Below, one piece after another: positions 30,543 to 42,858 of a DNA stretch of 64,000 nucleotides (position 1 is its first letter; every line of letters starts with the position of its first letter). The stretch is from Sandaracinaceae bacterium (GTDB lineage Bacteria > Myxococcota_A > Polyangia > Polyangiales > Sandaracinaceae). A program made the position numbers and the translations under genes. The DNA is taken from positions 23,171 through 87,170 of the forward strand of contig JBGAQA010000015.1 of the NCBI GenBank assembly GCA_044220955.1, read 5' to 3'. Under the pieces are notes generated by a model, which had not been told where the DNA came from, did no database searches, and saw nothing but the letters and a program-made list of their open reading frames with translations.

Positions 30543-31952
30543 CTACCCGCGCGAGCGGCGGCGCACGAGCGCCAGCGCGACGAGCCCGATCGCGAGCAGC
30601 CCCGGCTGCGGGCGGGCGGCGACACCGCAGCCACAGCCGCCCGCGTTCGTGTGCCCCGGTCCGGTCGCCGCGTCCGGCGCCCGGCTCGCGTCCGGCGGTC
30701 CCGCGTCACGCGCGGGCGCCGCGTGCGACATCGCGTGGACGCGGAGCGCGATCGCCGACGCGTCGGGATCGTTCGTCGTCAGCGTCACGATCGTGGTCGC
30801 GTCCGGCTCGACCTCGGTGGGCGCGTACCTCACGACGAGCGCGCGGCTCTCGTGGGGCGCGAGGCGCATCGAGGCCGGCGCGACCGTGAACGGCCCGCCG
30901 GGCGGCACGACGCTGACCACGAGATCGGCCTCGCCCTCGTTGCGGACGAGCGAGGTGCCCTCGGCCGTCGCGCTCACCGCCACGTCTCCGAGGTCCACGT
31001 CCGGTGGATCGAGGCGGATGTCGGGCAGAGGGACGTGCACCGTGTCCGGCATGAAGTGCGTCTCGGTGTCGGTCTCGACCAGGTGCAGCGGGATGTCGAA
31101 GGTCGCGAGGTCCCAGCGTCGCCCGGCGAGGGTGACGTAGATCGCGGGCGTGAGCGTCACCGCGCCGTCGTAGAGCACGCGCCCGTGGGGCAGCACCGTG
31201 ACGTCCGTCGAGGGTCCGAACCCGAGCAGCGTGTCCACCGGCGGCAGCGGCGCGCTGGCGCCCTCGTTCGAGATGAAGCTCGGGCTACGCACGACGTCGA
31301 TGCGCTCGCTCTGGTAGCGCGTGGTGAGCATCGCCTGCGCGCTCATGTCGATGCCCCCGTCGATCCCGGGAATGGACACGCCGACGAGCGACGAGACGCT
31401 CAGCCCGATCACGCGCACCGCCGCGGTCGAGTCCATCGCGCTGACGGGCCTGCCCGGCGCCCCGGGGAGCAGGAAGGGATCGAACGTCGTGGTCGCGGCG
31501 AGCCGGAGATCGCGGGGGAACGAGCCTGGCAGCGGGATGTCCCCCGTCCAGTCGTACACCGTGCCGGCCACGTCGAGGTGCAGGCGCATCTCCGCGACGA
31601 TCTCGAAGCCGTAGGCCATGTTCAGGCGCCCCGTGGCAGGGCGGCCCGGCACGCGGACGGCGACGGCGCGCATCGGCGGCGTGGTCGGCCACGACGTCAC
31701 GACGGTCCCGCCGAGATCGACCTCCGTCTCGGCCATGATCAGGAGCGCGAAGTGGACCTGGATGGGCGAGCCCGCGGGGACCCAGCCGCTGTCGAGCGAG
31801 ACCGAGGGGAGCGCGCGATCGAGGTGCTGGAAGTCGACGTCGGCCGCGTGGCACTGGTCGGCGGGCACGTCCGGGCCGATCGGGCACTGCGCGAGCGCCG
31901 GCAGCGGGAAGAGGAGCGCGAGCGAGAGCGCGAGCAGCGAGGAGGCGCGCAT
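30543..31952 (-). CDS. Secreted protein with Ig-like (ASH / choice-of-anchor D) domain and MYXO-CTERM anchor
   Basis: Signal MRASSLLALSL...ALA; VRNEGEADL..TNDPD; C-terminus GGCGC...LALVRRR. Confidence 0.82.
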   Translation of the reverse strand: MRASSLLALSLALLFPLPALAQCPIGPDVPADQCHAADVDFQHLDRALPSVSLDSGWVPAGSPIQVHFALLIMAETEVDLGGTVVTSWPTTPPMRAVAVRVPGRPATGRLNMAYGFEIVAEMRLHLDVAGTVYDWTGDIPLPGSFPRDLRLAATTTFDPFLLPGAPGRPVSAMDSTAAVRVIGLSVSSLVGVSIPGIDGGIDMSAQAMLTTRYQSERIDVVRSPSFISNEGASAPLPPVDTLLGFGPSTDVTVLPHGRVLYDGAVTLTPAIYVTLAGRRWDLATFDIPLHLVETDTETHFMPDTVHVPLPDIRLDPPDVDLGDVAVSATAEGTSLVRNEGEADLVVSVVPPGGPFTVAPASMRLAPHESRALVVRYAPTEVEPDATTIVTLTTNDPDASAIALRVHAMSHAAPARDAGPPDASRAPDAATGPGHTNAGGCGCGVAARPQPGLLAIGLVALALVRRRSRG

Positions 31953-32014
31953 CCCGGGATCGAACCACGAGGCGCCCGGTGTATGCAACGCGCTTACCAC
32001 GCCATCGCAGGCTG

Positions 32015-32043
32015 TTGACGTTGCCATCGACCGATGGCAGCTT
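32015..32043 (+). promoter_or_regulatory. Promoter with a dyad operator between -35 and -10
   Basis: TTGACG (32015-20), perfect dyad TGCCATCG-AC-CGATGGCA (32022-39), CAGCTT (32038-43), ATG at 32050. Confidence 0.65.
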
Positions 32044-32049
32044 CGACCC

Positions 32050-32913
32050 ATGATCGATCCCCGCGACGCCCCGGCCCTCGGCCCCTCCGCCTCCCGGAAG
32101 ATCCCGGTGCGCGCGCCACGCTTCGCGCTCGACGACGTCGCGCGCGGGTGGCTCGCCACCGACCCGCTGGCCTCGGACCTCGTGGACGCGCTCAGCCTGG
32201 TGTTCCCCGAGGGCGAGCGCTTCTTCATCCGCAGCGTCGTCGCCTTCGCCGCCGAGTACGAGAAGGACCCCGCCCTGCGCGCCCGTGTGCGCGGCTTCAT
32301 CGGGCAGGAGGGGCGCCACGGACACGAGCACGACCGGATGAACCGCTCGATCGCCGCCCGCGGACACGACGTCACCGGCTACCTGCGCTTCTACGAGGCG
32401 GCCATGTACGGCGTCGTCGAGCGGATCACGCCCGCGCACCTGCGCCTGGCCTCGACGGCGGCGCTCGAGCACATGACGGCCACGCTCGCGGAGGTCGCCC
32501 TCACCCGCCCGGTGCTCGAGTCGGCGCACCCCGGGATCGCGCGGATGCTCCGCTGGCACGCGGCCGAGGAGATCGAGCACCGCAGCGTCGCCTTCGACGT
32601 CCTCGCGCGCGTGGACCCGCGGCTGCGGACGCGCACGCTCGGCCTCGGCATCGCGATCGGCACGCTGGTCTTCTCGTGGACGACGGCGTTCGCGATGCTG
32701 CGCTACGGCGATCGCCAGGCCTCGTGGCGGCCGGTCGACGGCCGGGCGTCGCGCCGGTTCTGGCGGGAGGCGCAGCGGGCCGTGCCCTACGTGCTCCGGA
32801 GCCTCGTGCGCTACCTCGACCGCGGCTTCCACCCCGACGAGGCGAGCCGCCCGGACATCGAGCGCGCATACGCCGAGGTGGTGGCCGACGTGGCGGCGCC
32901 CGTCCCCGCGTGA
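32050..32913 (+). CDS. Predicted metal-dependent hydrolase (PF10118-like)
   Basis: FPEGERFFI, FIGQEGRH..EH, TAALEH.TA, WHAAEEIEHRSVAFD, FHP. Confidence 0.9.
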   Translation: MIDPRDAPALGPSASRKIPVRAPRFALDDVARGWLATDPLASDLVDALSLVFPEGERFFIRSVVAFAAEYEKDPALRARVRGFIGQEGRHGHEHDRMNRSIAARGHDVTGYLRFYEAAMYGVVERITPAHLRLASTAALEHMTATLAEVALTRPVLESAHPGIARMLRWHAAEEIEHRSVAFDVLARVDPRLRTRTLGLGIAIGTLVFSWTTAFAMLRYGDRQASWRPVDGRASRRFWREAQRAVPYVLRSLVRYLDRGFHPDEASRPDIERAYAEVVADVAAPVPA

Positions 32914-33755
32914 CGGCGGCGCCGGGCTCGAGCGACTTGACGGGACCCCGCGTTTCGCGGGATGGCGCGTCCGTGGCCCCGCGCCCCCGCAAGCGCCGCT
33001 CCCAGGTGCCCCCGGCGCCGCGTCCGCTCCGCGTCGAGGAGCTGGCCGCGCAGGCCAAGACCACCGTCCGCAACGTGCGCGCCTACCGCGAGCGCGGCCT
33101 GCTGCACGCGCCCAGGCAGCAGGGCCGCGTCGCGTACTACGACGCCTCGCACCTCGCGCGACTGCGCACCATCGCCGCGCTGCTCGAGCGGGGCTACTCG
33201 CTCGCCAACATCAAGGAGCTCACGAGCGCGTGGGCGGGTGGGCGGCGCCTCGAGGACGTCCTGGGCCTCGAGGAGGCCGTCACCTCGCCCTTCGCGGACG
33301 AGCAGCCCGAGGTGGTCGAGGCCGCGCGCCTGCTCGCCGAGCTCGGGCCCGCGCTCACGCCCGCGCTCGTGGCGCGCGCGCTGGAGCTGAAGGTGCTGGT
33401 GCTCGACGGCGCCGAGCTACGCGCTCCGAGCCCGCGCCTGCTCGCGGCGGGCCTCGAGGTCGCGCGCGTCGGCGTCCCGATCGAGGCGCTCCTCGCCGAG
33501 CTGGCGGTCCTGCGGCCGGCGCTCGAGCAGATCGCGCGCCGCTTCGTGCGCCTCTTCGCGCACCACGTCATCACGCCGCCCGACGCGAAGGCGCCCCCGC
33601 GAGGCGCGGCGCTCCGCAGGGTCGAGCACGCCGTGCGACGCGTGCGCCCGCTGGCGCTCCAGGTCGTCGAGGTCGAGCTCGCGCAGGCCCTCGACCGCGA
33701 GATCCGCGACCAGCTGACGAGCGAGCTCGAGCGCGCCCTCGCCCGGCGGCGCTGA
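32910..33755 (+). CDS. MerR-family transcriptional regulator
   Basis: VEELAAQAKTTVRNVRAYRERGLL...RGYSLANI; GTGA overlap (alternative start 32973). Confidence 0.9.
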   Translation: MTAAPGSSDLTGPRVSRDGASVAPRPRKRRSQVPPAPRPLRVEELAAQAKTTVRNVRAYRERGLLHAPRQQGRVAYYDASHLARLRTIAALLERGYSLANIKELTSAWAGGRRLEDVLGLEEAVTSPFADEQPEVVEAARLLAELGPALTPALVARALELKVLVLDGAELRAPSPRLLAAGLEVARVGVPIEALLAELAVLRPALEQIARRFVRLFAHHVITPPDAKAPPRGAALRRVEHAVRRVRPLALQVVEVELAQALDREIRDQLTSELERALARRR

Positions 33756-33819
33756 GGGTCGTCCGGGGAAAGGCGTCGGAGCGCCCCGCGGAGCTGCTGC
33801 GACCGCGCGCTGCGCGTCG

Positions 33820-34053
33820 CTACTCTCGCGGCGCTTCCTTGCTGCCGACGACCGTGAGGTTCAGGCCGATCTGCACCGGCAGGGCCTTGCCATCGACGGT
33901 GATCGTCGTCTTGCCGTTGATGTTCCAGCCGAACGAGCCGGTCGAGAACGCCTTCACGTCCGCGGTCATCTCCTGACCGGCGATCGTGACCTTCACGGCC
34001 TCGGCCTTCGCGAGGAACTGAGCGAGCGAGATCGGGGGTGCTGTCTTGGCCAT
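33820..34053 (-). CDS. Small hypothetical beta-rich protein (77 aa)
   Basis: Strongly G/C-ending codons; own -10 (TAACGT); FSTGSFGW motif. Confidence 0.8.
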   Translation of the reverse strand: MAKTAPPISLAQFLAKAEAVKVTIAGQEMTADVKAFSTGSFGWNINGKTTITVDGKALPVQIGLNLTVVGSKEAPRE

Positions 34054-34078
34054 GGGCCGGACGTTACCACGCAGCCCG

Positions 34079-34999
34079 TCAATGACTGAGCGAGCGAACC
34101 CCGGCCTTGTGGACCTTCCCGGCGAGCTCGTGGCCGACGATGGCCTTGGCCACCTGCCCGGCCTCCCAGAGCTTGTCGAGCTCGACGCCGCTCGCGATGC
34201 CCATGCCGTCGAGCATGTAGACGAGATCCTCGGTCGCGACGTTCCCGGCGGCGCCCGGCGCGTAGGGGCAGCCGCCGAGGCCGCCGACCGCGGCGTCGAA
34301 GGTGCGGATGCCCATCTCGAGCCCGACGACGATGTTGGCGAGCGCGGTGCCGCGGGTGTCGTGCATGTGCATCGCCAGCTTCTCGGGCGGCAGCTCGGCC
34401 AGGAAGAGGCTCAGGATGTCGCGCGTCTGCCGCGGCGTGCCGACGCCGATCGTGTCCCCCATCGAGATCTGATAGCAGCCCTCGCTCAGGAGCTGGCGCG
34501 CGATGCCGAGGCCGATCTTCGGATCGATCTCGCCCTCGTAGGGGCAGCCCCAGAGCGTCGAGACGTAGCCGCGCACGCGCATGCCCGCCCTCGTCGCCGG
34601 GCCGATCACGCGGCGCAAGACGCCCTGCGTCTCCGCGGTGGTCTTGTTCACGTTCTTTCGGTTGTGGGTCTCGCTGGCGCTGATGAAGACGCCGATCTCC
34701 GGGATCTTCGAGGCGATGGCGCGCTCGAGGCCCCGCTCGTTCGGACAGAGCGCGCTGAACGTCACGTTCGGGTCGCGCGGCAGGAGCGAGCAGACCTCCT
34801 CGGCGTCACCGAGCTGCGGGACCCAGCGCGGCGAGACGAAGCTGGTCGCCTCGATGCGCGTGAGCCCGGCGCGCACCAGCGCCTCGATGAGCCGGATCTT
34901 GCGCGTCGTCGGGACCGTGACCGCCTCGTTCTGCAGCCCGTCCCGCGGCGAGACTTCGTACACCGACACCGCGTCCGGCAGCGATCCGAAGAACGACAT
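34079..34999 (-). CDS. hmgL: Hydroxymethylglutaryl-CoA lyase
   Basis: EVSPRDGLQNE, GDTIGVG, HMHDTRG, GLGGCPYAPGAAGNVATED. Confidence 0.95.
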   Translation of the reverse strand: MSFFGSLPDAVSVYEVSPRDGLQNEAVTVPTTRKIRLIEALVRAGLTRIEATSFVSPRWVPQLGDAEEVCSLLPRDPNVTFSALCPNERGLERAIASKIPEIGVFISASETHNRKNVNKTTAETQGVLRRVIGPATRAGMRVRGYVSTLWGCPYEGEIDPKIGLGIARQLLSEGCYQISMGDTIGVGTPRQTRDILSLFLAELPPEKLAMHMHDTRGTALANIVVGLEMGIRTFDAAVGGLGGCPYAPGAAGNVATEDLVYMLDGMGIASGVELDKLWEAGQVAKAIVGHELAGKVHKAGVRSLSH

Positions 35000-35069
35000 G
35001 CTTCTCGTATCGTTCCGAAGTCGCCCGCGGTCAAGCGCGCAGCGGGCGTACTATCCTGGCCGCGGAACG

Positions 35070-36698
35070 ATGAGCGCCGAGCCCCCAGCGTCCGCAGCGC
35101 GTCCGTGGATCGCGCCGGCAATGCTCGCGCTCGCGGTCGTGCTGGCCTACGCGGGGTCGCTCGGCGCGGACTTCCTCCGCTACGACGACGACTGGCTGAT
35201 CGCGTCGAGCCCGGTGATGCAGGATGGCTCGCTCGAGGCGCCGCGTGCCATCGTGACCGATCTCTCGCGCGAGACGCGCCGCGCGCTCGGCGCCGAGTAC
35301 CTGCCCGTCCGCGACCTGGTGACCTGGCTCGCCGTGCGCGCGCTCGGGACGAGCGCCCCCGCGCTGCGCGTGGTCCTGCTGGCCCTCTACGTCGGTGCGG
35401 TCCTGGCGTGGCGCGCCTGGTTCCGGCACGTGCTCGGTCCGGGGCTCCCCGCCGAGGTCGCCGCGCTCGCGTTCGCGCTCCACCCGGCACACGCCGAGTC
35501 GGTCGCGTGGCTCGCGGGCTTCAAGGACGTGCTCGCCCTGCTCTTCACGGGGCTCGCGCTGGCGATCCACCGAGGGCCCGCGAGCGGAAGACGGCGCGCG
35601 CTCGTCACCCTCTGCGTCGTGCTCGCGTGCCTCTCGAAGGCCGTCTCGGTCGTGCTCCCGGTGTTGCTGGGGATCTCGGATGCGTGGGCCGGGCGCCGTG
35701 TCGATCGCGCGACCCTGGCGATCACGGGGGCGCTCGCCGGGGCCGCCGCGCTCCTGCACGCGAGCGTCGGCGCGAGCGTCGGCATGTACGCGGCAATGCC
35801 CGGAGGCGACCGCGCGCACGCGCTGGCCACGATGGCCCCCGTCGCGCTCCGCTACGCGCTCCGCACGCTGCTCGTCGAGCCCGCGTCGATCGTCTACGAC
35901 GTGCCGGACCGGTCTCTCGCCGACCCGCTCGCCGTCGCCGTGCTCCTCGGGCTCGCGCTCGCAGCGGCGGCGGCGCTGCGCGCATACCGCCGTGGCGAGC
36001 GCCGGCCACTGCTGCTCCTCGGGTTCGCGGCCGCCGCGCTGGCGCCGGTGAGCCAGGTGCTCGCGCCGATCCAACACCGCATGGCCGACCGCTACCTCCT
36101 CGTCGCGCTCGCCGCGCCGAGCCTCGCCCTCGGCCTCGGCGCCGCGCGCCTCTCGAGCGCGCGCGCGCACGCGGCGCTCGTCGCGGTGCTCGTCGTGGTC
36201 CTCGGCGGGGCGACGGCCCTCCGCGCCTCGACGCTCGCGACACCAGTGGACCTCTGGCTCGAGACCAGCGAGCGAGCGCCGCGCTCGCCGGTGGGCCCCT
36301 ACCAGCTCGCGGTGACGGTCGAGCGAGCGCGGCCCGAGGTGGCGGAGCGCGCGTATCGCGAGGCGCTCGCGCGCGACGGCATGACGAGCGACACCGGGCG
36401 GCGCGCCGCCGACAACCTGGCGATCCTGCTCGCGCGCGGGGGCCGCAGCGGCGAGGCCATCGCGCTCCTCGAAGAGGCCCGCGCGCGGTACCCGCGCGAC
36501 CCACACGTGGGCCACAACCTCGCGGTCCTCTTCGACGCGCGTGGCGAGCACGAGCGCGCGCGAGCGCTGCTGCTCGACGTGATGCGCGAGTCACCCCGTT
36601 ACGAGCGGGCACGCACGACGTACCGGGCGCGCTGGGGCGAGCCGCCCGTCCCGCCGGTGCCCGCGCCGCGCTACGACGCCGGCGAGCGCGCGCTCTGA
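35070..36698 (+). CDS. TMTC-like GT-C membrane glycosyltransferase with C-terminal TPRs
   Basis: TM1 then F..DD, Y.PVR, FALHPAHAESVAW, LSKA, MADRYL; TPR tail. Confidence 0.8.
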   Translation: MSAEPPASAARPWIAPAMLALAVVLAYAGSLGADFLRYDDDWLIASSPVMQDGSLEAPRAIVTDLSRETRRALGAEYLPVRDLVTWLAVRALGTSAPALRVVLLALYVGAVLAWRAWFRHVLGPGLPAEVAALAFALHPAHAESVAWLAGFKDVLALLFTGLALAIHRGPASGRRRALVTLCVVLACLSKAVSVVLPVLLGISDAWAGRRVDRATLAITGALAGAAALLHASVGASVGMYAAMPGGDRAHALATMAPVALRYALRTLLVEPASIVYDVPDRSLADPLAVAVLLGLALAAAAALRAYRRGERRPLLLLGFAAAALAPVSQVLAPIQHRMADRYLLVALAAPSLALGLGAARLSSARAHAALVAVLVVVLGGATALRASTLATPVDLWLETSERAPRSPVGPYQLAVTVERARPEVAERAYREALARDGMTSDTGRRAADNLAILLARGGRSGEAIALLEEARARYPRDPHVGHNLAVLFDARGEHERARALLLDVMRESPRYERARTTYRARWGEPPVPPVPAPRYDAGERAL

Positions 36699-36786
36699 TC
36701 CGCACGCGCCTGCTCCGCGCCGCCATGCTCTTGCTCCGCGCGTAGCGCGCTCCGGGGACCGCCCCGAGGCGGACCGCGCCGCGCCA

Positions 36787-39027
36787 TCACGTCATCCGCT
36801 GCTGGCGCTCCTGCATGCGGCGCACTTCCTCGTCGCTCACGCCGCCGACGAGCTGGATGCGCACGACCTGCTCGCGTCCCGTCTCGAGATCCTTGGCGCG
36901 CACGCCGAGCGTGCCGTTGGCATCCATCACGAACGTGACGGCGATCTTCACGGTCCCCCGGTGGGCCTGGCGCAGGCCCTCGAGCAGGAGCTCGCCGAGC
37001 GCCTGGTTCTCGTCACGCAGGCGCGACTCGCCCTGCACGATCCGCACGTGGACGGTCTGCTGCCCGTCGGCGGCCGTGGAGAAGATCCGCGTCTGCTCGA
37101 CCGGGATGGCCGCGTTGCGTCGGATGACCGGCTCGCAGTAGCCGCCCACGGTCTCGACGCCGAGCGTCTGCGGCGTGACGTCGAGCAAGAGCGGCGGCGC
37201 GGCGCTGGTCAGCGGGATGTCGGGCGCCGCGGCCGCCGCCGGGAAGAAGTCCGAGACCGGCGGGAGCGCCGGCGGCGCGTCACCGAAGAGCTCCTGTCCA
37301 CCGCCCCACCCGGGCCCCGGTCCTCCCGGTTCGGCCGGCCACGCCTGCGCCGGCGCCGCCGGGGGCCACGGTGCCACCTGCGGAGGCTCCTCCGGAGGCC
37401 ACGGCGGCGTCGGAAGCGGCGGCGGCGGCGCCGAGAGCGGGACCGGCAGCGGCGGCGGCCCCGGCTGCGAGCCGCGCCCCGGGCCCGAGAGCGCCGGGCG
37501 CGAGGGCGGCGGCGCGGAGCCCGCGAGCGCCGGACGCGAGGGCGGCGGGACACTGGGAGCGCGCGCGCCGACGACGACCTGCGCGCGCATCGCGACGACC
37601 GCGGCCGCGGGTGCGCCCGGACCACCGAGCTCCGCGGGCCGCGGTCCTGCCTGCGTCGTCTCTGCGTCGCCGCCCCAGGCGAGGTCGTCCGCCGGCGGCA
37701 GGCCCTTGCGCGGCGTCGGCGGCGGTGGCGGCCGAGGCGCGAACGCCGGCTGCTTCGGTCGCGCCGCCGCGATCTCCTCGCGGATCTCCTGGCGCCGCGC
37801 GAGCGCCCGCGGGCTCGGGATCGGCGGCGCCTTCTTCAGCGCCACGCGCCCGATGGCGCGTGCCGGCGGGATGGATCCGCGGTCGGATCGCAGCGCGAAG
37901 CCCTGCAGCGCCGCGCCCTGCGCGACCACCAGGTCGGGATCGATCGTGGCGAGCGGCTCGCGCCCGAAGAATTCCGCGACGCGCTGTCGCACGAGCGGTG
38001 TGCGGGTCGAGCCGCCGACGAGGATCACGTTGTCCACCTGCGTCGGCGCGAGGTTCGCCATGCGCATCGCGTCCTCGCAGACGTCGAAGGTGCGCCCGAC
38101 CAGCGGGGCGAGCATCGACTCGAGCGCGTCGCGGGTCAGCGCGAACTGTAGATCCAGCGAGACGCCTCCCTGTCCGTAGGCGAGCTCCTCGACCCTCAGC
38201 GTGACCTCCCGCTCCAGCGAGAGCTGGCACTTGCTCCACTCGGCCGCGGCGCGGAGGCGCTCGAACGCCTGCTGGTCCTGCCGCGGGTCGAAGCGGTGAT
38301 GTGCGAGGAAGGCGTCGGCCATCTTCTCCGCGATGAGCAGATCGATGTCGTCGCCGCCGAGGAACGTGTCACCGGCCGTCGCGAGCACCTCGAACACGTC
38401 GCCGGAGAGCTCGAGGATCGTGACGTCGAACGTGCCACCCCCGAGGTCGTAGATCGCGACGCGCTCGCGCGAGCCCTTGCCGTACCCGTACGCGAGCGCT
38501 GCCGCCGTGGGCTCGTTCAGGATGCGCAGCACCTCGAGGCCGGCGACCTTGCCCGCGGCCTTGGTCGCGGCGCGCTGCAGCTCGTTGAAGTTCGCCGGCA
38601 CCGTGATCACGGCGCGCGTGCACTCCTGCCCGAGCGCCGCCTCCGCGACGCGCCGCACCTCGCGCAGCACGAAGGCGCTGATCTCCGGCAGCGTGTACGT
38701 CTCGCCGCGCGCGGCGACCACCACGCCCTTGCTCGGTCCTTCGCGCATCTCGAACGCGAAGCGCTCCCGCGCGCGCTCGACCTCCGCAGACCCCCAGGGG
38801 CGCCCGATCAGGCGCTTGATCGAGTAGATCGTGTTCTTGGCGTCCAGCAGCCGCCGCTCGCGCGCCGGGTAGCCGACCAGCACGTCCCCCTGAGGGTGGA
38901 ACGAGACGACCGACGGGATGAGCCGGTTGCCGTCGGGGTCGGCGAGCACCTGTACGCGCGTGCCCTCGGCCACCGCGACCGCACTGTTGGTCGTGCCCAG
39001 ATCGATGCCGAGGACCACGCCGCTCAC
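36787..39027 (-). CDS. Atypical Hsp70 (DnaK-like) with Pro-rich linker insertion and no lid
   Basis: [45 protein letters not shown]. Confidence 0.92.
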   Translation of the reverse strand: MSGVVLGIDLGTTNSAVAVAEGTRVQVLADPDGNRLIPSVVSFHPQGDVLVGYPARERRLLDAKNTIYSIKRLIGRPWGSAEVERARERFAFEMREGPSKGVVVAARGETYTLPEISAFVLREVRRVAEAALGQECTRAVITVPANFNELQRAATKAAGKVAGLEVLRILNEPTAAALAYGYGKGSRERVAIYDLGGGTFDVTILELSGDVFEVLATAGDTFLGGDDIDLLIAEKMADAFLAHHRFDPRQDQQAFERLRAAAEWSKCQLSLEREVTLRVEELAYGQGGVSLDLQFALTRDALESMLAPLVGRTFDVCEDAMRMANLAPTQVDNVILVGGSTRTPLVRQRVAEFFGREPLATIDPDLVVAQGAALQGFALRSDRGSIPPARAIGRVALKKAPPIPSPRALARRQEIREEIAAARPKQPAFAPRPPPPPTPRKGLPPADDLAWGGDAETTQAGPRPAELGGPGAPAAAVVAMRAQVVVGARAPSVPPPSRPALAGSAPPPSRPALSGPGRGSQPGPPPLPVPLSAPPPPLPTPPWPPEEPPQVAPWPPAAPAQAWPAEPGGPGPGWGGGQELFGDAPPALPPVSDFFPAAAAAPDIPLTSAAPPLLLDVTPQTLGVETVGGYCEPVIRRNAAIPVEQTRIFSTAADGQQTVHVRIVQGESRLRDENQALGELLLEGLRQAHRGTVKIAVTFVMDANGTLGVRAKDLETGREQVVRIQLVGGVSDEEVRRMQERQQRMT

Positions 39028-39039
39028 GCGTCCTGCATC

Positions 39040-39597
39040 CTATCCGACGTCGCGCCGGCCCGCCGCGATGGCGATCCGCGCCAGCTCGGAGTCGATCCAG
39101 CCCTCGATCGTCCTGGGGAAGGGCCACATCCAGCCGTACGCCGCGCTCGTGAACTGCGTGACCAGGTGCGCGCGCAGCTTCGGGTGCCGGGCCGCCTCGA
39201 TGCCGTTCACCTCGGCGATCGCCCGGAGCGTCTCGGCATACGCCTCCCACTCGATGCGCGCCCGCCCGTACGCGAGCCCGAGCGGGAGGAACGGGAGCAC
39301 GTACAAGAGCGACATCCCGATCTGTCCGTAGCGCTTCATCTGCCGGAAGTGAACGGCTTCGTGTCGAAGCGTGATGTAGCGCTCGGCGTCGGACTTCGCG
39401 TCCCAGCCCGCCGGCACGTAGATCGTGCGCCCCATCACCGTCGTGTACTGGGTGACGTACGTGCTCATCTGGCCGAGCGTGACCGTCCGCAGGAGCACGT
39501 CGAGCAGGCGCGAGAGCCGATCGTTCTCCTTGTGGACGATGCGCAGCGCGCCGAGCTCGCGCTGCATCTCGTCGAAGAACGTGTCCGCCCGACCCAT
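39040..39597 (-). CDS. Putative zincin-like metallopeptidase
   Basis: LRHEAVH plus downstream EWEAY. Confidence 0.7.
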   Translation of the reverse strand: MGRADTFFDEMQRELGALRIVHKENDRLSRLLDVLLRTVTLGQMSTYVTQYTTVMGRTIYVPAGWDAKSDAERYITLRHEAVHFRQMKRYGQIGMSLLYVLPFLPLGLAYGRARIEWEAYAETLRAIAEVNGIEAARHPKLRAHLVTQFTSAAYGWMWPFPRTIEGWIDSELARIAIAAGRRDVG

Positions 39598-39612
39598 CGA
39601 GACCGCCCGCCG

Positions 39613-42237
<2,625 letters not shown>

Positions 42238-42299
42238 GCAGCTCCGAGGGCGCGGGCCCTGCTGAAAGAGCGCGGACGCTATCACGATGGGTCCGCCGT

Positions 42300-42325
42300 C
42301 GCACGCGTGCGCGCGCGCGCGCGCG
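42300..42325. repeat. 26-bp alternating purine-pyrimidine tract including (GC)8
   Basis: cgcacgcgtgcgcgcgcgcgcgcgcg, intergenic, upstream of gyrA. Confidence 0.85.
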
Positions 42326-42422
42326 AGGAAGGAGGTATGCCAACGCGGTTGGCGCCCCCGCGCCCGAAAACCACGGTTTCACGGATGGTTCGCGGGTTGC
42401 TAGGCTGTGGGGAGGATCTCCC

Positions 42423-42755
42423 GTGAGCACCTGGCGCGCAGCACTGCTAGGCCTCCTTCTCGGCGCCGCCGTGAGCGCCGCGGGCTGTGCGGCGCCGACC
42501 TTGCCCATCCCGCCGCCGACGGCGCTGATCTCGGCGCCCGACGCCACGGGGCTGGTCACCGTCTCGGGCAGCGCCGACCCGGCCGCGTACGTCTTCGTCC
42601 TGCACGAGGAGACGCAAGACGGCCTCATCACGCACGCGGACGCCCTGGGGGCGTACTCGGTGCGGCTGCCCGCCGCCGTCGGCGACATGATCACCGTCTG
42701 GCAGCTCATCGGGACGCAGGCGAGCCAGCAAGAGCACCTCGTCGTGCCGCCCTGA
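42423..42755 (+). CDS. Small lipoprotein (Ig-like)
   Basis: Lipobox AAGC, PTLPIPPP; GGAGG RBS. Confidence 0.75.
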   Translation: MSTWRAALLGLLLGAAVSAAGCAAPTLPIPPPTALISAPDATGLVTVSGSADPAAYVFVLHEETQDGLITHADALGAYSVRLPAAVGDMITVWQLIGTQASQQEHLVVPP

Positions 42756-42858
42756 TCGACGCCCGTCTGCGCCCCGCCCCCCGAGCCGCGCCCGAAAACC
42801 GGCCTCCTGGCCAGGGTTCGAACGCCGTGGCAGTCTCGCGCAACTTCGCGGGAACTCC

